Shown here piece by piece: positions 44,554 through 61,590 of a DNA stretch of 64,000 bases. The notes under the pieces are model-generated. The model was not told the origin of the DNA, ran no database searches, and saw nothing but the letters and a program-made list of their open reading frames with translations. Each line of letters starts with the position of its first letter. Within the stretch, counting starts at the first letter, position 1. The position numbers and the translations under genes were made by a program. Where the stretch lies: NCBI RefSeq assembly GCF_009914755.1, contig NC_060932.1. One strand, given 5' to 3'. The stretch comes from the human T2T-CHM13v2.0 reference genome, Homo sapiens.

Positions 44554-44733
44554 TTATACACTTTTAGATTGCAGTTCCCAATCTAATTTTAAAAATATTG
44601 CGTGGTTCTATTGTGCATGACTTGTATGTGTGTTTTTTAGAGTTTTTATTTTATTATCCTAAGAATACTTAACATGAGAGCTACCTTGTAACAAATTTTT
44701 AATTTTTAATTTCTTTAAAGCCAGGATTAGAAC

Positions 44734-45031
44734 TTTTTTTTTTTTTTTCTGAGACAGAGTCTTTCAATGTCACCCAGGCTAAAGTGCAATGGCACAGTCT
44801 CTGCACACTGCAACCTCCGTCTCCCAGGCTCAAGTGAGTCTCACACCTTAGCCTCCTGAGCAGCTGGGACTGCAGGTGTGCGCCACCACACCCGGCTAAT
44901 ATTTGTATTTTTACTAGAGATGGGGTTTCGCCATGTTGTCCAGGCTGATGTCAAACTCCTGGCCTCAAGTGATTGCCCTCTTCAGCCTCCCAAAGTCCTG
45001 GGATTACAGATGTGAGCCACCATGCCCGGCC
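44734..45031 (-). mobile_element. AluJ (Jb-like)
   Basis: Full antisense dimer. Confidence 0.95.
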
Positions 45032-45913
45032 TTTATAACACATTTTTAAGTGTACAAGAAAATATTATTAACTGTAGGCATAATTTACAGCAGATCTTGA
45101 TAACTGTTTTTTGTCATACCGTGAGTTCAACATTATCAAACTAGCGAAGTCCTATTAAATGATATGAGTTCACTGATTCTGTGCTTGGATATTATAGCAA
45201 AACCAGATTACAGTTAAAGTTTCTAAATGCTTGCTCTTCATTTCTGTACTTATCCCATCACAAACTTGTAGCAAACAATCAGCGAACTGGCTTGGGTCCA
45301 CAGACCACACATTGATTTTTGCACCTGGAAACATACACTAGAATATTTATAGCAGCACTGTTTGTAAAAGCAAAAATTGGAAACATCCCAAATGTCCATT
45401 TATAGTAGAATGGATAAATGCATTGTGGTATATTCACGTGATGATTTACTATAAAGTAGAGAAAATAAATAAAGCATTCTTGTGTCCATTAACATAGATG
45501 AATCTTATAAACACAATGTTCAGGAAAAAAATCAAGTCAGAGAAGAATGTATTACAGTAATATTTTATTTATATAAAGATTCAAAAGAGAAACAACTAAA
45601 TAGTTAATTGTTACTAACCATAGATATGTGGTTAAAACTCAAAGAAATGCAAGAAGTTATTATCACAGGATAGAAATTACCCCAGAGAGTGGAGATTCAA
45701 TCAAGTTAAGGTACCCAGGGCACATCGAAATTACTGTTCATTCTCTACTTTATAGCCTGGGTATCGGGTATATGGATATTTGTTTCATTGTTATTAAACT
45801 GAACACATATTAAATATTCTTTTGCATATATATTTTATAATAAAATTACTAAAATTATAAATAGGCAAGACTTTTAAAAAATATTTTTGAAATACATTTA
45901 AAAACATGTGAAT

Positions 45914-46088
45914 GGCCCAGCGCAATGGCTCATGCCTATAATCTCAGCACTGTGGAAGGCCAAGGTGGGAGGATCACTGAACCCCAGGAAGTCAAGGCTG
46001 CAGTGAGTCATGATTGTGTCACTGTCTCCAGCTTGGGCAACAGAGAGAGACCTGGTCTCAATTAAAAATAAATTTAAAAATAATAAAA
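45914..46088 (+). mobile_element. Alu monomer (FRAM-like or arm-to-arm recombinant)
   Basis: Left-arm start fused to right-arm end, ~150 bp plus tail. Confidence 0.85.
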
Positions 46089-46433
46089 TATGTTAAAAAT
46101 AGGAAGACATTCCTAGATGGGAAGATAAATAATCACAATTATGCATTTGATTCAATTCCAATCAGAAAAATAATTAAAAATTAATACCCATAAATATTTC
46201 CTAAAGCCTGCAGGAGATGGGGATCATTATTTTATATTGAGTTTGAATATAGAAATTTGATCATGACAATATAAAAACCTGGTTTTTAAGGTGTTCAGGG
46301 ATAAAAATAAAATAAAATGCCTATATTCTGTGAGTCTGCCAGAACAACTATAGAACAAGTAATGATCAGATGACCATGACTGGAAAGCATGACAGAGCAC
46401 AGGAATGCTCAATCTCACACTCTACTATGTATT

Positions 46434-46799
46434 GCCTTCGTGATCTGAATGTTTGCATCTCCCCAAAATTCATGTGCTGAAATCTTAATTCTCAAGATGA
46501 TGGTATTAGGAGGGTGGGGCCTTTAGGAGGTGATTAAGTCCTGAGGGCTCTGCCTTCGAGAATGGGATTAGTTCCTTTATAACAGAGGCCCTAGAAATCT
46601 AGCTAGTCTCTTCTACCATGTGAGGGAACAGGAGAAGCAGCCATTATGAACCTAGACTGGGCCTTCACCAGACACCAAATCTGCTGGTACTTTGATCTTG
46701 GACTTCCCAGCCTCCAGAACTGTGAGAAATAAATTCCTATTATTTATAAGCAACCTAATTTATGGTATTTTGTTATACCAGCCTGAAGGAACTAAGACA
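46434..46799 (+). mobile_element. MaLR solo LTR (MLT1A/MSTD-like)
   Basis: CTGAATGTTTGCATCTCCCCAAAATTCATGTGCTGAAATC...CTTGGACTTCCCAGCCTCCAGAACTGTGAGAAATAAATT...ACTAAGACA. Confidence 0.9.
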
Positions 46800-47011
46800 C
46801 TTAACTATTTTAATCAAATCACTTAACTGCATTATCCAGTTTTCCAGTCTCTAAAATGAGAATAACATTAGTATTAATAACTTCTGAATTATTGCAATAA
46901 TTATATGACAAAATACATATTAAAAGGATAACAAGTTATACGTTGGTAGTCAAAAATTATTTATTTTAGCCTCATAATGAAGAATTCTATAAAATTTAAA
47001 GTATTCGATGT

Positions 47012-47143
47012 TTTACTTTGTTTTCATTTTGAGATGAGAGTCTCACTATGTTGCCCAGGCTGGTTTTGAACTCCTGGGCTCAAGTAATTCTTCCACCTTA
47101 GTCACCAGAGTGGTGGGGATTACAGGCATGTGCTCTGGGTCCA
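47012..47143 (-). mobile_element. FLAM
   Basis: TCTCACTATGTTGCCCAGGCTGG...CTCCTGGGCTCAAG. Confidence 0.85.
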
Positions 47144-47500
47144 GTGTATTTGCTGGTTTACTTATGAAAAGTAAGAACATGTGATATATATGGCATGTGA
47201 TTTTTTTCACCTATCTATATTGTGTACATTCTTCTATGTCAATCTTTTTTGTAGTTGTAATAAATCAGTAAGTTGTAATTCATTTTATGTTTATCATTTG
47301 ACCAAATAAAATTTAAAAAGTCATCCCCCTCTCCATAGTACTCAAAAAGTTGGGAACTGTAAGTATAAATAAATAAGGGTGACTTGTCAAACTAGATATT
47401 AATTAAACTCTAAAGCTATAATAATTAAAGCTCTATGATACTGGTTTGAGAAATGAAGAATAGAGCAATGAAACAACATAAAAGCTCTGAAAGAAAACCT

Positions 47501-47824
47501 AGGGCAGCCAGAGAGAAAGGTCGGGTTACCCTCAAAGGGAAGCCCATCAGACTAACAGCAGATCTCTCAGCAGAAACCCTACAAGCCAGAAGAGAGTGGG
47601 GGCCAATATTCAACATTCTTAAAGAAAAGAATTTTCAACCCAGAATTTCATATCCAGCCAAACTAAGCTTCATAAGTGAAGGAGAAATAAAATCCTTTAC
47701 AGACAAGCAAATGCTGAGAGATTTTGTCACCACCAAGCCTGCCCTAAAAGAGCTCCTGAAGGAAGCGCTAAACATGGAAAGGAACAACCGGTACCAGCCG
47801 CTGCAAAATCATGCCAAAATGTAA
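47501..47824 (+). pseudogene. L1 ORF1p C-terminal part
   Basis: RAAREKGRVTLKGKPIRLTADLSAETLQARREWG...YPAKLSF...NHAKM*. Confidence 0.95.
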
Positions 47825-47887
47825 AGACCATAGAGACTAGGAAGAAACTGCATCAACTAACCAGCAAAATAACCAGCTAACATCATA

Positions 47888-51715
<3,828 letters not shown>

Positions 51716-52984
51716 ACAGTGAGATCACCTGGACACATGAAGGGGAATACCACACTCTGGGGACTGTGGTGGGGTGGGGGGAGGGGGGAGGGATAGCATT
51801 GGGAGATATACCTAAGGCTAGATGACGAGTTGGTGCAGCGCACCAGCATGGCACATGTATACATATGTAACTAACCTGCACAATGTGCACATGTACCCTA
51901 AAACTTAAAGTATAAAAAAAAAAAAAAAATAATGTGTCAGTCATGATACAAGATGATTTAAATAAAAGACCTCTTTAAAAAAAAAAAAAAAACAAATACC
52001 TTAAAAAAAAAAAGAAAACCTAATATTTATACGTTTCTAATATAAGATTATATGATGTAAGTATAATATGTGCTTATAATATGTTATTGTAATATGTATA
52101 AGGGGGAAACTGATAAGTACTGCTGGATACTGTTATGAATATTCATTGGGAATGAAAAATTATAAGTGAAATATTCAGAAAATTTTTAAAAAACACCTAA
52201 AAGGACAACTATCTATCTGATCTTGGGATAAGGAAAATTTTCCAAATATAAAAGCAAAGTAAGAAATTATAAAAGGAAGTAATGACAGATTTGATGAAAG
52301 TTAAACATTTAAAAAATACATAGGACTATATCAGAATTATACAAATCAAGCAACCTGTTGACATTATTTTCTATATTACAAATGTAGATTTAGCTCCCTA
52401 AAATGCAAAGGACTTTGTGAATTAAGAAGAAAATTTCTCAAACCTCATTAAAAATGACAAAGAAAATCAAATAGCATAATTTCACAAAAACTGAGATTTG
52501 GGGGGGTATAGCAGTTAGAATGAAGATCATGTTGCTATAATTAAAGGGCCCCAAAAAGTTGTTTAAATAAAATAGAAGTTTCTTTCTCATGTAACAACAC
52601 CAAAGTCCCTGGTCTAGGTTGGATGGTATTTGTATTTCACAAGGTTATTTGGGGATTCAGACTGCTTCTATCTTTCTGCTTTGCTATCTCCTAGGGCAGC
52701 CATTGGCAATATTTTTTTGTAAAGAGACAGATTATAAATACTGTAGAATCTGGGGTCTCATATGGTTTCTGTTGCAGTTACTCTATTCTGCAATTATAGA
52801 ATTAAAGCAGCTATAAACAACACATAAACAAATGGTTATACCTATCTTCCTATAAAATTTTGTAAATTTGGTTTAATTAACTAAAAAAACAAATTTTTGG
52901 TGTACTACATGATGTCTTGATATATGCATACACTGTAGAATGACTAGGTCAAGCTACTTCATATATGCATTATCTCAGTAATAT

Positions 52985-53302
<318 letters not shown>

Positions 53303-54182
53303 TCAATAATATTTTTTGTTGTGAGATTTATGATACTGGTTTGAGAAATGAAGAATAGTTAAAATCTACTTAAAATCTATTCTCAGCAATTTTTAAGAGT
53401 ACAACATATTGTTACTAACTATAGCCCCCCGATGTATGTATATTCTTCCTGTGTAACTAAAATTTTGTGTCCTTTGACAACAAATATCTCCCCAATCCTT
53501 TTATTCCCCACCACCTTAGCCTCTGGTAATCACCATTTTGCTGTCTGTTTCTGTGAGTTTGATATTGTTAGAGTCCACACAGAAGTGTGATCTCTGACAG
53601 ATGTCTTTCTGTGCCTGGGTGATTTCACTTAACACAATGTCCTCCAGGTTCACCCATGTTGTTGGAAATGATAAAATTTTAATTTTTAAGGCCGAATAAT
53701 ATTCAATTGTGTATGTATTCGACATTTTCTTTATCTGCTCATTGATTGATGGACACTTAGGTTAATTACATGTCTTGGCTATTGTGAATAGTGCTGCAAT
53801 GAATATGGGTGTGTTTTGGAGGGATCTCATATATTTGATCCAATTCCAATCAGAAAAATAATAAAACAAAAATCAAATATTAATAGCCTTAAGTATTCCT
53901 AAGGCCTGCAACATACTGATTTCATATTCTTTGAATAGATACACGGTAGTCAGATTGCTGGATCATATGGTAGTTCTATTTTTAATTTTTTGAGGAAACT
54001 CCATACTGTTTTACCTAATGGCTATACTAATTTACATTCTCACCAACTGTGTATAAGGGTTCTTTTTTCTCCACATTGTCTTTAACACTAGTGGTCTTTC
54101 ATCTTGATATTGATAATAGCCAACTGACAAGTGTAAGGGGATATCTCACTGTGGTTTTAATTTGCATTTCCCTGATGATTAG

Positions 54183-54571
54183 TGCCACAATTTGAGTGTG
54201 TCCCCCAAAGTTCATGTGTTGGACACTTAATCTGCAATGCAACAAGTGTTGAGAAATGGGAACTTTTAGAGGCGTTTAAGTCCTGAGGGCTCTGTCCTCA
54301 TAACTGAATTAATGTTACTATCATGGGAGTGGGTCATTATCTCTAGAGTGGGTTTGTTAGAAAGGTGAGTTCAGAGTTCTCTCGCTGTGTGTCTTGTGTG
54401 CTTTCTTGTCTTTCCACCCTCCGCCATGGGATGATGCAGCAAAAGCCCTTCACCAGATGCCAGCATCTTGATATTAGACTTTTCAGCCTCCAAAATTGTG
54501 AGAAATAACTTTCTTTATAAATTATCAAGTCTGTAGTATTCTGTTATGGCAACACAAAACAGACTGAGACA
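54183..54571 (+). mobile_element. MaLR solo LTR (MSTB-like)
   Basis: TG...CA termini with perfect 5-bp TSD ATTAG (54178-54182, 54572-54576). Confidence 0.92.
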
Positions 54572-55930
54572 ATTAGTAATGTTGAACATTTTTTCATATA
54601 CTCCATTGGCCATGTGTATGCCTTTTTTTTTGAGAAATGTCTATTCTGGTCCTTCGCCCATTTTGGGGGGATTACTTGTTTTTGTTTTGTTTTGTTTTTT
54701 GTCTTTGCTATTGAGTTGTTTGAGTTCCTTACATATTTTGTTGTATAGCTTGCAAATATATTCTCCCATTCTGCAGGTTGTCCCTTTACTCTGTTGATTG
54801 TGTCCTTGGCTGTGCAGCGCTTTTTAGTCTGATATAATTCCATTTGTGTATTTTTGCTTTTGTTACCTGTGCTTTTATAGCCATATCCAAAAAAAAAAAA
54901 TTATTGCCCAGAGAAATGTCATGGAGCTTTTCCCCTATGTTTTCTTCTGGTAGTTTTATAGTTTCAGGTCTTACATTTAAGTCTTTAATCCATGTTGAGT
55001 TGATTTTTGTAAATGGTATGAGATGAAGGTTAAGTTTCATTCTTCTGCATGTGAACATTCAGTTTTCCCCAGCACCATTTATTGAAGAGACTGCCCTTTT
55101 CCCATTTTGTGTTCTTGGCATCTTTAATGAAAATCAATTGATCCTAAGTGTATGCATTTATTTCTGGACTCTTTATTCTGTCCCATTGGTCTATGTGCTT
55201 ATTTTTATGCCAGCACCATGATGTTTTGATTACTAGAGCTTTGTAGTAGATTTTAAAATCAAGTAGTGTGATGCCTCCAGCTTTGTTGTTTGTCCCTTAA
55301 AACTATTTACAAGACAGACAATTTGGTAGTTTTATGGCTTTTGCTCTAGGGCCTTATCTTGTTCTGTTAGGTTGGAGCCTAATCACAGGCACACCTGTAC
55401 TCCAGCTTCCAGGAAGGAGTGAGCATGGAAGATTTCATGCACAATGTCTGAAGGCCCAGGCACCTAAGTAGCAAACATTACTTCTGATCCCATTCCATTG
55501 GTGGAAACTTAGTTCCATGGCTTCACTGAGCTGCAAGCATGGCTGGGAATATGATCTTCACTTCCAAAGTGCCCAATTACAAATCTTTTGCTGTGGAAGG
55601 AGGGAGATCATATGTTAGGGAACTACTGGATGTCTTTGCCAAACTGGTATTCAACAAATTCAAAATAACTTTACAATTTTATAATAAATAATATAAATAA
55701 ATATTTCTAAAGAACAAAAGTTATAATATTCATTGTTGGTATTATACCATTTCTAGTGGTTACAGTAGTAATATTTATAATAAACGATTGTTACAGTATT
55801 AGTATGTGTCCAACACCACAGTACATGATTTATAGACTATTTTATTCCTAACACAACCTCAAGGTTTGTACACATTTATTGTCTTCACTTTCCAAATAAG
55901 TATCTTTTTAATGAGTTTCAAGACTAATGT

Positions 55931-56340
<410 letters not shown>

Positions 56341-56698
56341 TTATGAAGAGTGAATATGTTTGCTTTTCCACTTGAATGAGAGATTATTGAAGGCACTCTC
56401 TATTATTAATTTTGGTTCTTGAGCACATGGCCTGGTCTATATTAGGTAGATTTAGAATAAATTAATGAGGAAATGAATGATTATGTAAATTTAAAAAGGT
56501 TAAGTGATTGCTAAAGTTCACCTAGAGAATAGCAATCATGTCAGGCCTTCTTAACTTTAGTTTCCTATTTTCTGTGACAGGCTGTTCTAATATCTGTAAC
56601 CAGACTCCTTGTTTCAGGACAGTAGGCATATGCCTGTGCTGTTCCTTGCCAGAAGCAGAATGGCACCAAGACTAATTACACTTATTTGAGCCTCCTGG

Positions 56699-57214
56699 TG
56701 AGAGGTGAAGCCAGCTGGACTTCCTGGGTGGAGTGGGGACTTGGAGAACTTTTCTGTCTAGCAAGAGGTTTGTAAAATGCACCAATCAGTGCTCTGTAAA
56801 AACGCACCAGTCAGTGCTCTGTAGCTAGCTAGAGGTTTGTAAAATGCACCAATCAGTGCTCTGTAAAAACACACCAATCAGTGCTCTGTAGCTAGCTAGA
56901 GGTTTGTAAAATGGAACGATCAGCACTCTGTTAAATGGACCAATCAGCAGGACATGGGTGGGGACAAATAAGGGAATAAAAGCTGGCCACCCCCCTGCCC
57001 CCCCGCCCCGTAGCCAGCAGTGGCAACCTGCTAGGGTTCCTTTCCATGCTGTGGAAGCTTTGTTATTTTCCTCTTCACAATAAATCTTGCTGCTACTCAA
57101 TCTTTGGGTCCATGCCATCTTTAAGAGCTGTAACACTCACTGCAAAGGTCTGCAGCTCCATTCTTGAAGTCAGTCAGACCACAAACCCATCAGAAGGAAC
57201 CAACTCTGGACACA
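56699..57214 (+). mobile_element. ERV9/LTR12-family short solo LTR (LTR12F-like)
   Basis: TG...CA termini, 4-bp TSD CTGG (56695-56698, 57215-57218), tandem GCACCAATCAGTGCTCTGTA repeats, AATAAA at 57079. Confidence 0.9.
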
Positions 57215-57333
57215 CTGGGACTAAGACCTTGATCTGTCTTCTTCGTGAGCAAGTTATTTCATATCTCTGATCCTAATGTTTTTTGCTTTGTTTTGTAAAA
57301 TAACTAAAAATAATATATATCACACAAGGTTGG

Positions 57334-57515
57334 TGTAATGGACTGAATGTTCCTGTCCTTCCCAAATTCATATGTTAAAATCCTTCCCAAATTTATATGT
57401 TAAAGTCCCAATGTGATGGTATTTGGAGATGGGGCCTTTGGGAGGTAATTAGGATTAGAATAGGTGACACAGTGGGGCTCTCATCATGAGATTAATTGCT
57501 TTATAAGAAGAAGAA

Positions 57516-57550
<35 letters not shown>

Positions 57551-57830
57551 CCTCCCTCTCTTCCTTTCTCCCTCCCTCCCTCCCTCTCTTCCTTTCTCCC
57601 TCTCTCCCTCTCCTCCTCTCCCCCACTCCACATACAGAGAAAAGGCCCTGTGAGGACACAGCAAGAAGGCAACTATCAGCAAGCCAGGAAGAAGGCCCTC
57701 ACCAGAACTCAATTCTGCTAGCACCCTGATTTTGGACTTACAGTCTCAAGAACCGAGAGAAATAAAATTCTGTTGTTTAAACCATCCAGTCTATAGTACT
57801 TTGTTACAGCAAACTGAGCTAATTAAGATA
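57334..57830 (+). mobile_element. MaLR solo LTR (MLT1A/B-like) with expanded CT tract
   Basis: GTATTTGGAGATGGGGCCTTTGGGAGGTAATTAGG...GCAAGCCAGGAAGAAGGCCCTCACCAGA. Confidence 0.88.
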
Positions 57831-57979
57831 GGTGATACTGAGGGTTAAATGAGATAAGTATAAAATGTTTAGTACATTTCCCAGTACATCGTAAAACCTC
57901 AGTACATGCAGTTCTTACTATCCTGGGCATTGAATGGTGTGTCTGGTACTTGGTACCCACTAATAGTAAGCACACAGTA

Positions 57980-58400
57980 GTCCACTTGTTGCCTTTCTAT
58001 GTCATCTCCAACTGTTTACCACTTCCTTGCTCTCCAACCACATTGGCCTACCTGAAGTTTCCAGAAGACACAGAGCTTGTTGCTGTGTCAGGCTTCTACC
58101 CGCTGTGCTTGCCACAGAAGGCCTCTTCTCCCTATTTGCTCAGGTCTCTTAAGTGTCATTCTCTTAGAGTGGCCTTCTTAATTAGCCTACCCAAAATAAC
58201 CCTAATCACTCTATCACCTCATCCTTCTTCATTTCTCTTCATTAAGCAGTCACTGACATTTCGATTAATATATTTAGTTATTTTTGTGGTATCCCTGTTG
58301 CTTACCAGAATAAGGTCCATGAGGGCAGGGAATATCCCCAGTGCTGAGAAGAGTACCTAGCCTATGGTATCATTAAACCTATTTTTGAGTGATTGAATAA
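57980..58400 (+). mobile_element. L2 3' end
   Basis: AGAATAAGGTCCATGAGGGCAGGG...CCCAGTGCTGAGAAGAGTACCTAGC...TTTTTGAGTGATTGAAT. Confidence 0.7.
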
Positions 58401-60201
58401 AAGGAGTTTTATAAGGAAATGCTTCTAGTAAGAAACACACTATATAGAAACACACGTATATATGTTAGCATTTTGGAAGGAATGCTTGCCATTCATATAT
58501 AAAAATTAAGATAAAGGTTTTTAGTCTCTCATTGTCCTCACATCATCCCTTTTGTGTAAATAATACATTCATTAAATGTATTATTCTATCTCATCAAAAA
58601 TCAAACAAATAACTCATCTTCCAAATTAAGTATATCAACTCTCAAAATGATAAAACATTGATTTAAGTTTTTGGAGACCGACTTCCTAACAAATTAGTAC
58701 TAGATTATCATAGTCTTTTTGTAAAAACAAAATGTAGTTCCTGAAACATACAATTTTTGAAACTTTTTATAAATTTAAGCATTATATTCCATATACCTCT
58801 TCCAACTGTCTTTATCTAGAAAGATTGTATTTGTTTTTATTTAATCATATTGCTTTTAGGCAGATAGGAAGTGATTAATAATTAAAAATTAATTTCCATA
58901 AAGTGTTGGTATCTTTAGTTACACACAGGCCACAATGATAATCAATGTGGTGAGTAATGTTTAGGTACTGTGCTCCAGAGAACAATTCAATCAATTGCCC
59001 CAACCTGGTGTTTCCTGTTATGCATGAACTTGGGGAACTATAATTTTCTGAATAATTCAACTTAAAGCAAAATGAAATGTGTGAGTAATTAAGAAAATGT
59101 TCTTCTGCTAATATTTATTCTGATAAATCATTTCAGTTCTGTTTGATTTTGCAGACACTCCATAATATCATTGAATTAGTAAAATATAATAACTCTTAAA
59201 AAGCTCATAGAAGTGATTATTGCCTCTATATTTTCCAGTAAGATGTTAATTTTTTTAAATAACCGTAATGTACTGTGAATATAATTTCTTCTACAAGTTA
59301 CTTTTGCTGCTTCTAAAATACTAGTGGTAGCAGTTTGCATACTTTCTGTATAAAGACTGATTTGATGTCATCTCTGAATCACAAAAAAAAGTCAAACCAA
59401 AACGGAAAGGTCTTAATTTAATTAACTAATAGAATCATTACTAATTCTATAGAATTAGATATTTTAAATCAGAGCTAGCTGCAACAAGTTATACGAGCTT
59501 TGCCATTTTATGAACATAATTTGACTAAGCGGTTATGAGATCTGTAAAGAACACTTCTTATCTGAGTATAGCTGGGGACGTCTTTGTTCAGAAGTACACA
59601 GAATTTTATAAACCTGTCCAGAGCTTCATATATATCCAGTAAGGCTCATTTTCTACATATTTGAGATCTTATTCTCTGTATAAGATCTTTACAGGGTAGT
59701 GCAAAATTCGACATAATATTTATATTATGAATGAAGAAACAAACAGAAAAGAAGAGAATGAATCTCAAATTCATTGAGTACCTACTAAGAATGAAAACAA
59801 AAACATTTGAAAGTGGTATATGGCCTGAGATGTAACACAGTTTGAGAAGAAATTTAGGGAATAGTATAAGCATTTGCTGATTTGTACACTTGAAATATTG
59901 TTTCAAAAAATCCCTTTTTTATCTTCCTGAGAGCATGGTCCTCTGAAGAGTATAACTTTTCCTGTGTTATTGGATCACTTAGTTTTCATTTCAAGGTTAA
60001 ATTTGATGTTTTATCTTGTTTGGGCCATTTTTAAACCTGATTTATTTTATTTTTAAATAGAACATAAAGCATTGACTCAAATATTTCCTTAGAAAGGGTG
60101 AGAATGATAGTCTTTCCAGGTTGGTAACCAAAATCTATTCCTAATCTTCAGAAGATGGTAAAATTAACATTCTATATAAAAGTCCCATAGAATAAAGAAT
60201 A

Positions 60202-60529
<328 letters not shown>

Positions 60530-61469
60530 TAAGAATATTTTAACTAGTTAATTTGGTTAAATATTTATAATAGTCTCTAATATATCCAGAACAGATCCAT
60601 TGGCTAATGAATTGATTCAGTCATTTACCAAGCATCTGAAGCATTCAGAACAGATCCTCAGGCTCTTTATTATAGCTGTAGACTTTAATCCAGTTGTAAA
60701 GAGGACCCACATACATCAGTTTTAAAAACAAGGAACCACACCTCTTACATACCACATAATCTAAAAGAAAGTGATCAGATGAAGATTTGTATTAATGCTC
60801 TGGCACCATGTTCCTTATTTGACATAATCAGGTGGTTCCTTGACTTGTCAGGTGGCTTTATATGATCCTTAAGATAGAAGGGAGATTGGTCACTGTGGCT
60901 ATACACCTTATGCCTATTCCTCTATACACCTCTGAGATAAATATTTTTAACACTGTTATTTAACTAAACTGAACGTGTCCAGGATGAGACAGCAAGTAAC
61001 ATGGTATCATAATTAAAACCTGAGTCTATGTGACTCTAATGACATTCCCCTAGATTTTACTAAGGATTATTTGAGTAGAGAGGTAGTATCTTAGAGAGGT
61101 TGGAAATTCCTTGGAGCCTGACATGCTGCAGTGAATCTAATAGGTGGATCTTCTGTTGTTTGCTATAGAGAATACTTCTGAAAGGCATGTGGAATATCTA
61201 GGGCAGGCATCAGGGGCGGTGGGGGTGGTGGCTGCTCAGGTCTAGCTCTGCATAAAGATATTTTTCTCATAAGAGCATTGCCATAGAGTAAGACATTTAC
61301 TGTAGACAGGGATGCAGGAATGTATGTTAATTACATATAATATTATGTGTGCGTGTGTGTGTGTATGTTTATATTGTGAGGAGTGAGATGATGGTCCTTT
61401 GCAGTAGAGAACAAAAAAGAAAGATACCAATTTTGAGGAAAATGTAATGAGTTATTCTGTTTTTTATAT

Positions 61470-61590
61470 ATATTTAATTTTTTGTAGAGGCAAAGTCTCA
61501 CTATATTGCCCAGGCTGGTCTCAAACTACTGGGTCCAAGAGATCCTTTCACTTCCAAAGTGCTTGGATTACAGAGTGAGCCACCATGCCA
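61470..61590 (-). mobile_element. FLAM/Alu left monomer
   Basis: GTCTCACTATATTGCCCAGGCTGGTCTCAAACT. Confidence 0.85.

Larger units (their letters stand above)
41200..45326 (-). mobile_element. Degenerate hAT-Charlie (Charlie1-like) DNA transposon with transposase remnant, interrupted by L1M pieces and Alus
   Basis: Minus-strand remnants KVAQVPL (~43809-43829), LDEC (43716-43727), CSDGTVAMT (43513-43539); Charlie-type terminal segment ...GGGTCCACAGACCACACATTGA at ~45295-45325. Confidence 0.75.

Noticed and set aside
56765-56950. Regular short direct repeats resembling a CRISPR-like array
   Set aside because: These are the known tandem CCAAT enhancer repeats of LTR12, with no unique spacers, in a eukaryotic context.
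57356-57405. 25-bp tandem duplication in the MLT1 LTR
   Set aside because: Real but an ordinary slippage event inside an old repeat.
59441-59458. 18-bp perfect palindrome CTAATTCTATAGAATTAG
   Set aside because: AT-rich; one of this length is unremarkable in 64 kb of such sequence.
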